From assembly GCF_964204645.1 (NCBI RefSeq), contig NC_134028.1, positions 18,297,653 to 18,361,652 on the forward strand: a stretch of 64,000 nucleotides of DNA, in the 5' to 3' direction. The position numbers and the translations under genes are program-made. The notes below the pieces were generated by a model, which was given only the letters and a program-made list of their open reading frames with translations, ran no database searches and had not been told where the DNA came from. Within the stretch, counting starts at the first letter, position 1. Every line of letters begins with the position of its first letter. The DNA comes from Tubulanus polymorphus (Eukaryota > Animalia > Nemertea). Positions 40,301 to 50,197 of the stretch are shown here, one piece after another.

Positions 40301-41393
40301 ATATAAATATCTTGGCTGGGACATGATGGAAAACATCAGAATAAACTAGTTTCGTCTTTTTAACAGAATCGCATTAATGAGGTCTAACAGTACAAATAGC
40401 CTAGGCTAAATCGTTCGGCAGAAACATAAATTCATCTTCAGGAATAAAATCGTACTAGACAAATAGACCTTTAAATCTGTGGTCCTCCCAATCAACATCG
40501 TCATAGAAGATTAGCCGGCAGATGTAAAACATTATAACCACTTAATCCCACAGTATAATCTACCAATGCTTCAAGGCCCATGGGCCTCTAGTTTCATTTT
40601 ACCAGAGTTGTTTATTGGAGGAAAATATCATTGTAAAGTGTGCCGAGGACAACCATGTTGTATCATTAATCTTTTGCTTCAAGATGCCCTGCCCTGTAGC
40701 AGCCCTGTACGCACTCGGCAGATGGATTCGCTTTGTAATGTGCCCCGGGTCCCGGAAAAAATAACTTTTATTATCTTTTCCTTGCGTTGTTGAACACAAC
40801 AAGTGACAAAATTTACACATTGTTTGTCGTAAATTGCAATTTTGTGATGGTTATTTGCCGCTGCTGTAGTTTTTTGGAATTGAATTGAGCGGCCTCGGTA
40901 GCTCAGTGAGATAAGGGGTGATGCTGTTGAATTTGCTATCAGTGGTGAGTCCTGTTGGCTTCGTACAGATAAACAACCACAAATGAACAACCAATAGGGT
41001 TAGTCTTGGGAAACCAAACGACGCAAAGTCAAACAAACAAAAAAACCTGTTTCTCCGAAAAACTGTTTTGGCCGGAAAATTCTGAGCTCTTGCAAATAAA
41101 ATTGCAATGACCCTGATTGACTGGCTGTTCTTGGGATAATGGGGAGATTCTCAGAATTCCTGCGCTACTAATTACGAATGAAATGGCAAACGTTTCATTG
41201 AACCAGGTACTGTACATGTGCGAATTCCACGTGTTTTCAAGGAAAACCACTTTGCCCATGGGCGATTAATTTGTTCTAGTAGTCATCTTCTCACATAGGA
41301 AATTTTGGTTACTCAGCTTTTTGTTTGTTCTCGACACCAGGGGGAATTTCATGCATTCAACGCGCATATCACAACCGGTTCGTTAGGAATATA

Positions 41394-42133
41394 CAGTCAA
41401 CCTCACTTAATTAGTCATTGTTTAATTCGTATAGGAATGAAAGGTCCTGATTTTTTCCTTCATTATGAACTTTAATTACCATTAGATGATTCGTAATTCA
41501 TGAATTGTAGCCTTATCCACATTCCCTTTTCTTAAAAACAATTGAAAATGCGACATGTAATTCGTATCAGAAGGAATTCTTTCCATGTCAGCCCAGACAA
41601 CACTATGATACGATACATATTAAAACCTGTATGACACATTTATGCAATCTTCTCTTTGCAAGCTGGAGTGGTAGTGATCTTATCGCATACACTACACAAT
41701 GAACTATTCTAAACAGAAAATGGCGCTGCCAAACGCAAATATTACTTAGATTTAAGAACAAAAATATTCTGGTAAGTACGAAATTCCTTCTAAAAAGTTC
41801 CTTGACCAAAATTTAGGAATAAAAAAGTGTGAGTGTCCTGATTTTTTCCTTCGTTATGCACTTTAATTACCATAAGATGATTCGTAATTCGTGAATTGTA
41901 GCCTTATCCACAGTCCCTTTTCTTAAAAACAATTGAAAATGCGAAATTTATTTTGTATCAGAAGGAATTCTTTCCATGTCAGCCCAGACAACACTATAAT
42001 AGGATACATATTTAACAACTGTATGACACATTTATGCAATCTACACTTCGCAAGCTGGGAATGGTAGTGATCTTATCGCATACACTACACAAATTAATAC
42101 GGTCCCAAGAGATACGAATTAAGTGAGGTTGAC
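41394..42133. mobile_element. pogo/Tc1-like MITE with internal ~260-bp duplication
   Basis: TA|CAGTCAACCTCACTTAATT and AATTAAGTGAGGTTGAC (right end clipped); 41445-41710 repeated at 41835-42092. Confidence 0.7.
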
Positions 42134-42243
42134 CTTTTTTCGTCAAAGTGAGTTCGTTCAGGATTCTGCATTATTTGGGGGTTGAAGACATGTCAAACAC
42201 TGAGGTAGGGGGTCATGATTCACATTGATAGCTAAATAGTAGA

Positions 42244-42822
42244 AGTAATAGGGGTAATGGGCTTTCAGGCCAAAGGTCGAACGGTCGAGCCCATTAAAAA
42301 ACAAAATATTAAAAGTAATTAAAAAACTATAATATATTTTCATAACCGCGTGCATTTTATATCAAAACTAAATATTTATTCTAAGATATCAATAATATAA
42401 AAAGCATATTGTATTAAATCAATTGGTCGCTCCACTTCGCTACCGCTCCGCTCCGCGACCAATTGATTTAATTACAATACACAAATTCAAATAATCAAAT
42501 ATATTCAAATGATAATAATTATTCTATTATTCAACTGAAATGCACGCGGTTATGAAAATATATTATAGTTTTTTAATTACTTTTAATATTTTGTTTTTTA
42601 ATGAACTCGATCATTAAACCTTTAGCCTGAAAGCCCATTACCCCTATTACTCTTAAAATATTCATATATATATGAATAACATTTAAATTATTGAACTTCT
42701 AAAATCAATTTCAATAAAAAATATAGTATTAAAATGGAAGCAAATAAGTACTACTGCCCAACATGTAATATCGATATAGATAGATCCCAAAAAGCAAGAC
42801 ACAATAAAACTAGAACACATTT
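42244..42822. repeat. E3 left TIR (palindrome 42244-42651 plus promoter and first ~29 pPolB codons)
   Basis: Reverse complement of 59970-60548; only two mismatches noticed. Confidence 0.96.
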
Positions 42823-43260
42823 GTTTTTAGTCCAGTTGGTTAAAGCAAAGACATTTATCGAATTAAGGAACTCAACATATAGTGAAAAATATGTTGAATC
42901 GTTATAAACACCCGATAATACTCAGCTATATAGTTGGTTGTATTAGCTCTAGTAAACATATGTTACCAGCTTATATTTCAATTGTAAAGAGTTAATTAAT
43001 TTCATTAATCTAAATGCTTTTATTATTGATTTTTTTTCAACTTCAACGCGTTGTGTATACGGCGAACGTTAGCGAATCACAAATCTCATAATTTACAAGT
43101 CTCAACACACTTGTTCTAGATGTTTATACTAGAAAATGATTCTATTTTAACCTATATACATTCAATGTACAGAGCCATAGAATAAATCTATAAATTCACA
43201 GCTGTTACAGTTGTTACTATGACGACGAGACATTATGACACATCATAATCAGAAACGTGT

Positions 43261-43275
43261 AGAATATTCTAGAAA
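43261..43275. promoter_or_regulatory. candidate heat-shock element
   Basis: aGAAt-aTTCt-aGAAa, three alternating nGAAn units upstream of the accessory ORF. Confidence 0.4.
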
Positions 43276-43646
43276 GACGCACCGGAACTAGATGATGTAG
43301 CATAATCAACAACGTGTCATTCTAGAAATCGCCCCGGAAATGGACATACGCTGTAATATTGTGCTCAGGATATTCTATCTTTCGAAACGAAATTAGGAGT
43401 TTATAGTTTACAATTATAAATCTAAATGTAAGTACTGTTTTTTGTAGTTATTGGGGCTATTAAATATGAAACCTTTAAGTGCTTTTGACAACTACAACTT
43501 CATACAGTTAATTCTATTTTACGTTAGATAGATAATAACTTGAACTATAATAAGTTATAATAATTAGAAACGATAGACTTGAAAATATTTATATCATATA
43601 ATATCGCGGTTCCTGTTCTACCGCTGATATCTTTTAGTTGAATAAA

Positions 43647-44396
43647 ATGTCGTGTGTATCAAGAAGTACTCTTGATTCTCAGAGGACAACCGAAATGGAA
43701 GATGAACAAACCGAAATAGAAGATGAAAAAACCGAAATAGAAGATGAACAAACCGAAATGGAAGATGAAGTAAAAGAATCTTTCGATATAGAAGATGAAA
43801 CGTTAGAAGAAGTTAAAAAACATTTATATTACCATCAAGAAATGACATTAATTTTAGAAAAAATTATAGAAAACCAGCAATCAAGCGTAACATCATTACC
43901 GAAAAGACCAACAACCAATGTAGAAATATTGTTAAGACTAAAAGGAACAAAAACTAAAAAGAAAATGAGCGGAAATGAGTTAAATAAGTTTTTAAAATCA
44001 AAATTATCAAATGAAAAAGATGTAAGTTTTAAAGAAATAGAAGGTATAACATCATTTAATGAAATAACTGTTTTATTGAAAAAAAATTATAGAACCTTGT
44101 TATTCAAAAAAGCAAAGCATTTATGGGATTATATCATTTTCGGGGATTGTTTAAATAGGGGATTTTTAATGTTTAATAAACAAACTGCGGGGATTCCTTG
44201 GGCTTCTTGGGTTAAAAAATATATAGGTATCAGTGTTGGGCATGAAAGAAAATTAAGGAGCGTAGGGAGATTAATTATATATAAAAGATTCAAATTATTA
44301 AGTTTGTCATTTAGTGAAGTAATCAGAAATATGCCAGAAATTGAAAAAATGCTTGTCAATGATCCAGAAATTGAAAAGTTCTGGTTGGAATTATAA
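43647..44396 (+). CDS. Polinton accessory protein with acidic EDEQTE repeats (probable ATG 43647)
   Basis: Open frame; homolog in E1; candidate 5'UTR intron 43428-43637. Confidence 0.8.
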   Translation: MSCVSRSTLDSQRTTEMEDEQTEIEDEKTEIEDEQTEMEDEVKESFDIEDETLEEVKKHLYYHQEMTLILEKIIENQQSSVTSLPKRPTTNVEILLRLKGTKTKKKMSGNELNKFLKSKLSNEKDVSFKEIEGITSFNEITVLLKKNYRTLLFKKAKHLWDYIIFGDCLNRGFLMFNKQTAGIPWASWVKKYIGISVGHERKLRSVGRLIIYKRFKLLSLSFSEVIRNMPEIEKMLVNDPEIEKFWLEL

Positions 44397-44465
44397 ATCA
44401 AATTATGTACAACGACTGAACAACTTGTATAATGTATTGTGTAAATCTGTTTGGTGAATTTTTAT

Positions 44466-44892
44466 GTTCGGTCGTTTCTATTTCTAGAATGAATATATAA
44501 TTATGATTAGCGCATGCGCATTGATCAAAAGCGCGCACGAATGCGCGCTTTTGATTAGGTATGATTTGTGAATTTTTATGTTTAGTCGTTTCTATTATGA
44601 TTAACGCATACGCATTAAGCAAAACCGGCCATAAATGGCCGCATGTAACACATGTAACACATGTAACGCATGTGTTGTTTCTATTTTACAGAATTTCTAG
44701 AATGAATATATAATTATGATTAACGCATGCGCATTAAGCAAAAGCGCGCACGAATGCGCGGTTTTACCTAATGTGAACATGTTTTGATATTTTCTGTGTT
44801 CGGTCGTTTCTATTTTACAGAATTTCTAGAATGAATATATAATTATGATTAACGCATGCGCATTAAGCAAAAGCGCGCATGAATGCGCGGTT
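44466..44892. repeat. tandem array with CGCATGCGCA palindromes
   Basis: Unit TTCTAGAATGAATATATAATTATGATTAACGCATGCGCATTAAGCAAAAGCGCGCACGAATGCGCG, three full copies and one partial. Confidence 0.9.
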
Positions 44893-45035
44893 TTGCCCAG
44901 TGGTATTATTTAGATATCAAGGAATCGAAACAACTTATCAAAAGCAGCGAGGAATGAAAAAGGATGACGTTGATCGAAGAAATGGAAGAGGATTCTAAAA
45001 TATTAACCAATTTAGTAAAAAAATATGTATAATAA

Positions 45036-45709
45036 ATGGAACCAGAACAACCACAAACTATCAATATTACAAATAACACTGGCGTTATAAACATATATTA
45101 CAAGAAGTGTTCTAAATGTGAATTAAATAAATCATTAACAGAATTTAGTAAGCGTAAGATTAGCAAAGATGGTTTTCAATATTACTGTAAAACTTGCATT
45201 AAACTATATACCAAACAATATCGAGAAGATAATAGAGAATCTTATAATGATTATATGACAGAATATATGAGAGAAAGATATCAAACAGATCTTAATTTTA
45301 GATTGAAACAATGCTTAAGATCTAGATTAACATAATTATTCAACAAAGAAACACATTCAGAAACACTATCTAATCTATTGGGTTGTTCAGATGAATTTCT
45401 CAAATCATGGATAATATATCAATTCGATGATAAAATGAATATAGATAATTATGGGGATTATTACCATATGATCACGTGTTACCAATATCTAAATTTAACA
45501 TGAACGATGAATACAATAAAAAACTTATTTGGAATTGGAAAAATTTAAGACCTTTAGAAAAGAAAGAAAATCAAACCAAATCTAATAAACTAGATTTACA
45601 GTTATATTTAGAACAGTTAACAAAGGCAAAGAAATTTATTGATCAATGGAACAATAATCCAAATAATGAACAATACGTTGAGGAATTTGATATCAAGGAT
45701 CCGAAATGA
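45036..45709 (+). pseudogene. HNH-type endonuclease, E3 (stop at 45333, frameshift ~45468)
   Basis: CSKC..KDGFQYYCKTC, DHVLPISKF, NLRPLEKKENQTKSNK; ortholog of E1 24227-24867. Confidence 0.78.
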
Positions 45710-46012
45710 CTTATCTGGACAGTTATAACTACTGCTCCTAATAGATAAACAAAAGTAGTGATATATCAAATCCTAATTTAAATAAAAAGTATTTAAAAAA
45801 CAATAACTTCAACTAGCTATCTAATTCTATTATATTTTTAATATTTTCTTTTCAAAAAGAGAATACTTTATATTTTGAATAGATCCGAATAGAAATTCTT
45901 TAAATTCAAATAGCTAGTATCAGTAGTCAATACTAGAATTCTTTAACTTTAACTAGCTAGTATCATTTTATAATACTTATAATACTATTCTTATTAAATT
46001 TCTCTAATATAA

Positions 46013-46620
46013 ATGTCAAAGAAATCTAATAAGAATAGTATTGATATTGAAAAAACATTAGATGATTTAGGTATTAGTGATAATAAGGATACAGTTGTTT
46101 CTAATTCTATTCAAGTTAATAACAATATAGATTATGAATACTATTTATATTGTAAGCATCATCTAGAACTATTGATTGCTGGCGGGAAATCTAAGGACTT
46201 CTTAGGAAAAATAATAACTTTTCAAGAACTAGACTCTATGAAACCCGATAAAGTAATCAAATATTTTAAGATTTATGAAGAGGCAAGATTAGCTAGAATA
46301 AATGATTCTATTTCAGATGGTATTGTCAAATGTTATTCTAAGTTATGTAACCAGTTAATACCAATTGATGATGAAAATAAATTATATAATGATTTGAAAA
46401 TGACTACTTAGTTATGACTGAATTACAAAAATGGGTCGGTTATGCTTCATTTCAATTAGGATCGGTTATGACATTGATTTCTACTGGCGTCATAACATTT
46501 TCGAACATCAAACCTATGGAATATAAATCAGGTAAGAACGAAACAGATGACGCTGTACTACAACCAAACGTCGAAACAGAAAATGAATCAAAACAAAAAT
46601 TAACTAAAATAAATGAGTGA
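46013..46620 (+). pseudogene. Polinton conserved hypothetical protein, frameshift ~46400
   Basis: ORFs 46013 and 46414 together match E1 21698-22282. Confidence 0.8.
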
Positions 46621-47008
46621 TGGAGTTAAGAAAAAGCCTAGATCCGAGAAACAAATTAAATGGGCAAGAGAATTAGGTAAAAGATCATCAGAATTAAAAA
46701 AAGCTAAGAAAAAGAAATTAACTGATATAAATGAATCACAGACTTTATCTGATGGTGTCGTACGGCACCCACACGGTGGTATTGATTCAAATAATAATCC
46801 ATCTAATTCTTCTAATGCTGGAAGTAATTATAAATTATATATTACAATTGGATTAGTAACAGTTATTATATTATCCGGTGTAATATATAAATCAAAATTC
46901 AAATCTGATGATAAAGATGATTCCAATGATGATAAACCTATTATACCAGAAAATAAGTCAAATCATAAATCAAATGAAAATAAATCTAAAATATTATTAA
47001 TGGATTAA
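46613..47008 (+). CDS. Polinton small basic membrane protein (131 aa)
   Basis: Ortholog of E1 21320-21688 plus a 9-aa insert GVVRHPHGG. Confidence 0.8.
   Translation: MSDGVKKKPRSEKQIKWARELGKRSSELKKAKKKKLTDINESQTLSDGVVRHPHGGIDSNNNPSNSSNAGSNYKLYITIGLVTVIILSGVIYKSKFKSDDKDDSNDDKPIIPENKSNHKSNENKSKILLMD
46754..46780 (+). mobile_element. 27-bp GC-rich hairpin micro-insertion, copy C (in frame)
   Basis: GGTGTCGTACGGCACCCACACGGTGGT between GAT and ATT; E1 has uninterrupted GATATT. Confidence 0.8.
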
Positions 47009-47011
47009 AAT

Positions 47012-48100
47012 ATGATGAAAAAAGAACAATATTTGAGAGATTTATATTACAACCCAGAAAGTGAAGTATCATATTCTAACGTTTCAGAATTATGGGATAA
47101 AATTAAATCTGATAAAGAAAAAATAAAATATAGTGAATTAAAATCATGGTTACAAAATCAACCCACATATCAAATTCATAAAAAGATGGATAAAAAATAT
47201 TTAACAAGAAAAGTAATGGTTTCATATATTGACCAACAATGGCAAGCTGATTTAATTGACATGAAAAACTTAGAAGAATATAACAAAGGATATTTTTGGA
47301 TACTAAATGTTATAGATATATTCAGTAGATACGCATGGAGTATCCCGATTAAAAATAAAACTGGTATAGAAGTTACAAATTCTTTCAAATTAATATTTAA
47401 AGAAGCTATCCCAGATAAAATACAATTTGATGAAGGTAAAGAATTTTATAACAAACATTTCAAAAAACTATTATCTGATAACGATGTAGAATATTTTTCA
47501 ACACATTCAGATAAAAAAGCATCCGTTATAGAAAGATTTAATAAAACATTGAAAACTAGAATGTGGAAATATTTCACCGCTAATGAAACATATAAATATA
47601 TCGATGTGTTAGATGATTTAGTTAAAGGTTATAATAATTCTAAACATAGTTCTATAAATATGAAACCTATACAAGCTAGAAAAGAAGAAAATTCAGAAAT
47701 AGTTTGGAATAATTTATATGGTGCGTTTGTTACACATGATTTTGGAGAACCTAAATTTAAAATAGGACAACACGTTAGAATTTCTAAATATCGAAAAACA
47801 TTTTATAAAGGTTATACCCCTAATTTTACTGAAGAAATATTTAAAATTAAAAAGATAATATTAACTAAACCATTTGTTTATAAACTAGAAGATCTAAAAG
47901 ATGAAGAAATATTAGGTTATTTCTATGAACAAGAATTATCACTTGTACCAAATCCAGATGAAATAGAATACAAAATAGAAAAAGTATTGAAAACTAAAAC
48001 TCTTAAAGGAAAAAAGTATTCTTTGGTGAAATATAAAGGATATGATGATAAATTTAATGAATGGATTTTATCTAGTAAAATTAAAAGAATAAATGAATAA
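47012..48100 (+). CDS. retroviral-like integrase with C-terminal chromodomain (362 aa)
   Basis: DDE core (WQADLID, QFDEGKEF, IERFNKTLK); chromodomain-like YKIEKVLK...LVKYKGYDDKFNEWI; consistent with 6-bp TSDs. Confidence 0.96.
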   Translation: MMKKEQYLRDLYYNPESEVSYSNVSELWDKIKSDKEKIKYSELKSWLQNQPTYQIHKKMDKKYLTRKVMVSYIDQQWQADLIDMKNLEEYNKGYFWILNVIDIFSRYAWSIPIKNKTGIEVTNSFKLIFKEAIPDKIQFDEGKEFYNKHFKKLLSDNDVEYFSTHSDKKASVIERFNKTLKTRMWKYFTANETYKYIDVLDDLVKGYNNSKHSSINMKPIQARKEENSEIVWNNLYGAFVTHDFGEPKFKIGQHVRISKYRKTFYKGYTPNFTEEIFKIKKIILTKPFVYKLEDLKDEEILGYFYEQELSLVPNPDEIEYKIEKVLKTKTLKGKKYSLVKYKGYDDKFNEWILSSKIKRINE

Positions 48101-48707
48101 AGATTTATTTATATTTGAACCACATAATATGTTAGTTACTGGAGTTACAAATTGTGGTAAAACACACTTCATATTATATTTATTAGAAACTATTTATAAA
48201 AATCATTTTGATAATATAATATTATTCTGCCCAACTTATGAAATGAATGAAACGTATAATAGAGATATAGTTTTTAAAGATAAAAAGTTTATTATATTAA
48301 ATTCTAAAACAGTGAAAGATAATTTAGATAATTGTATAAAAATTGCAATAGATATTTATAAAGGATCTAATACATTATTTATTATTGATGATTGTGCAAA
48401 TTTACATGATTCAAAAGTTAGAGAAAGTGAGTTATGTTATTTAGCTTTCTCTGGTAGACATTTTGGGATAACAACATGGGTTTTAAATCAGAAATATAAT
48501 TCAATTGTGAAAGATTTTAGAGAGAATATAAGATTTCTAGTTTTATTCTACAACAAAGATAGAAAATCTATGCAACAATCATTGGAAGAAAATCAAATTA
48601 TACCTCCTGAATTACATGATGAATATATGAATAAATTAAAGAATAATAAAGGTTCCAAATTACTTATGAGATTACAATTTCCATATGAATATAAATTTAT
48701 AAAATAA
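48093..48707 (+). CDS. A32/FtsK-like DNA packaging ATPase (204 aa)
   Basis: Walker A GVTNCGKT, Walker B LFIIDD, SGRHFGI motif. Confidence 0.92.
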   Translation: MNKDLFIFEPHNMLVTGVTNCGKTHFILYLLETIYKNHFDNIILFCPTYEMNETYNRDIVFKDKKFIILNSKTVKDNLDNCIKIAIDIYKGSNTLFIIDDCANLHDSKVRESELCYLAFSGRHFGITTWVLNQKYNSIVKDFRENIRFLVLFYNKDRKSMQQSLEENQIIPPELHDEYMNKLKNNKGSKLLMRLQFPYEYKFIK

Positions 48708-48723
48708 AATCCTAATTCAAAAT

Positions 48724-49105
48724 ATTATAGAATTCACTGTATACTAATGGATGAGTGGATGAATTGGATGAATTGGATGAATTGGATGAGTGGATGAATG
48801 GATGAGTGTAATAATATATAATTTACATATGTTTTTTATTTTTAAAACAGTAAGAGTTTGATTTGAAGTTATTTTATCAATTTTATACCATATTTAAATA
48901 TTATTTTAATAATATATATATATATATTGTGTTAAATTTAATAAAGAATATAAATATTATATTTATACTCATACTATTCTTCCAATTTATGTGTTAAAAA
49001 GTAAAATATATATATTATTATACTCATCCACTCTTCCACTCATCCAACTCATCCAACTCTTCCAACTCATCCATTCATCCATCAATATACAGTGAATTCT
49101 ATAAT
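48724..49105. repeat. fold-back structure between convergent genes
   Basis: 20-bp perfect IR ATTATAGAATTCACTGTATA/TATACAGTGAATTCTATAAT followed inward by opposed (GGATGA[A/G]T)n arrays and an AT-rich centre. Confidence 0.88.
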
Positions 49106-49109
49106 CTTT

Positions 49110-50165
49110 TTAATTTTCATTTTCATATTTTTCTTTAAGCTTATTGTATTCTAACCATAAATTCCTTTGCATTTTCATTGGTATAGGTCCTAAATGATTC
49201 TCGAGTTTATATTTATTGAATGTTTTTCTTGAAAATATTTTTGGAATATAATTTTCGATTTCAGTTTTAGATGGATGTTTATTTAAAAATTCTCTAAAAT
49301 CATCATATTTAAGTTCAAATAAGTTCATTGCATAAGTAACATTTGGTTTAAAGTTATCTAACTTTTTCAATATGGTAACTATATCATTACTCAATAAATA
49401 ATCTATAAATGTTTTTCTATACCACCGATAATCTAATATATTCTTATTATTAAATTTTGGATTTATAACTGTTGGATTTTCTATTACATTATCTGTACCA
49501 ATATGTTTAATTGAGTATTTATGATTCAATTGTTTATCATATATTACATATTCTTTACATTTTTCACACCAAGATTTAAATACTTGTATTGCATGGGCTG
49601 AATCATTTCCACCTTTTGTTTTTAATTTATAATGTTTTGCCCAATTAGCCTTTGTTATACATTCATTACAGAAGGCACAATAATTCTGATCCTCTTTGCA
49701 TTTATCTTTATATATATTGGCATATGTTTTTACTAATTGTAAAATATGTTCATCTTTTTTGATGTGTAATAAATAATCATTATAATTATCAAAATCTTCT
49801 TCACAATACATACATCTGATGTTATCTTTTGGTTGAACATTTGATTTTTCTATTTTAGGTTCAATATTATATTCTATTTTTGTTTCAATCTTATCATCAT
49901 TCGATGTAGAAGGTATAACATTATCTTCTATTTTAGATTCAATATCATTCTTATCTTCTATTTTAGGTTCAATATTATCTTCTATTTTAGGTTCAATATT
50001 ATCTTCTATTTTTGTTTCAATATTCTTATCTATTTTACTTATTCTATATTTGAATTGATTAAAGTAATCTCCAAAATACTTACTATATTCATCATAAGGT
50101 AATATATAATATATATCTGATATCATTTCACTTGGAGATTGTATTTCATATATTCCACCTTCCAT
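49110..50165 (-). CDS. multi zinc-finger protein with KIEDNIEP repeats (351 aa)
   Basis: CMYC..H..H, CAFC..H..H, CEKC..H..H; open frame; TAAATG start. Confidence 0.8.
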   Translation of the reverse strand: MEGGIYEIQSPSEMISDIYYILPYDEYSKYFGDYFNQFKYRISKIDKNIETKIEDNIEPKIEDNIEPKIEDKNDIESKIEDNVIPSTSNDDKIETKIEYNIEPKIEKSNVQPKDNIRCMYCEEDFDNYNDYLLHIKKDEHILQLVKTYANIYKDKCKEDQNYCAFCNECITKANWAKHYKLKTKGGNDSAHAIQVFKSWCEKCKEYVIYDKQLNHKYSIKHIGTDNVIENPTVINPKFNNKNILDYRWYRKTFIDYLLSNDIVTILKKLDNFKPNVTYAMNLFELKYDDFREFLNKHPSKTEIENYIPKIFSRKTFNKYKLENHLGPIPMKMQRNLWLEYNKLKEKYENEN

Positions 50166-50197
50166 TTATTATATACATTTTTATTAAAGTTAAAATT

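Noticed and set aside
39194-41259. Cluster of short overlapping ORFs
   Set aside because: No domain motifs or consistent frame; region contains dispersed repeat fragments.
48724-49105. Tc1-type MITE call based on TA-CAGTG
   Set aside because: The CAGTG motifs face outward, the wrong orientation for element ends.
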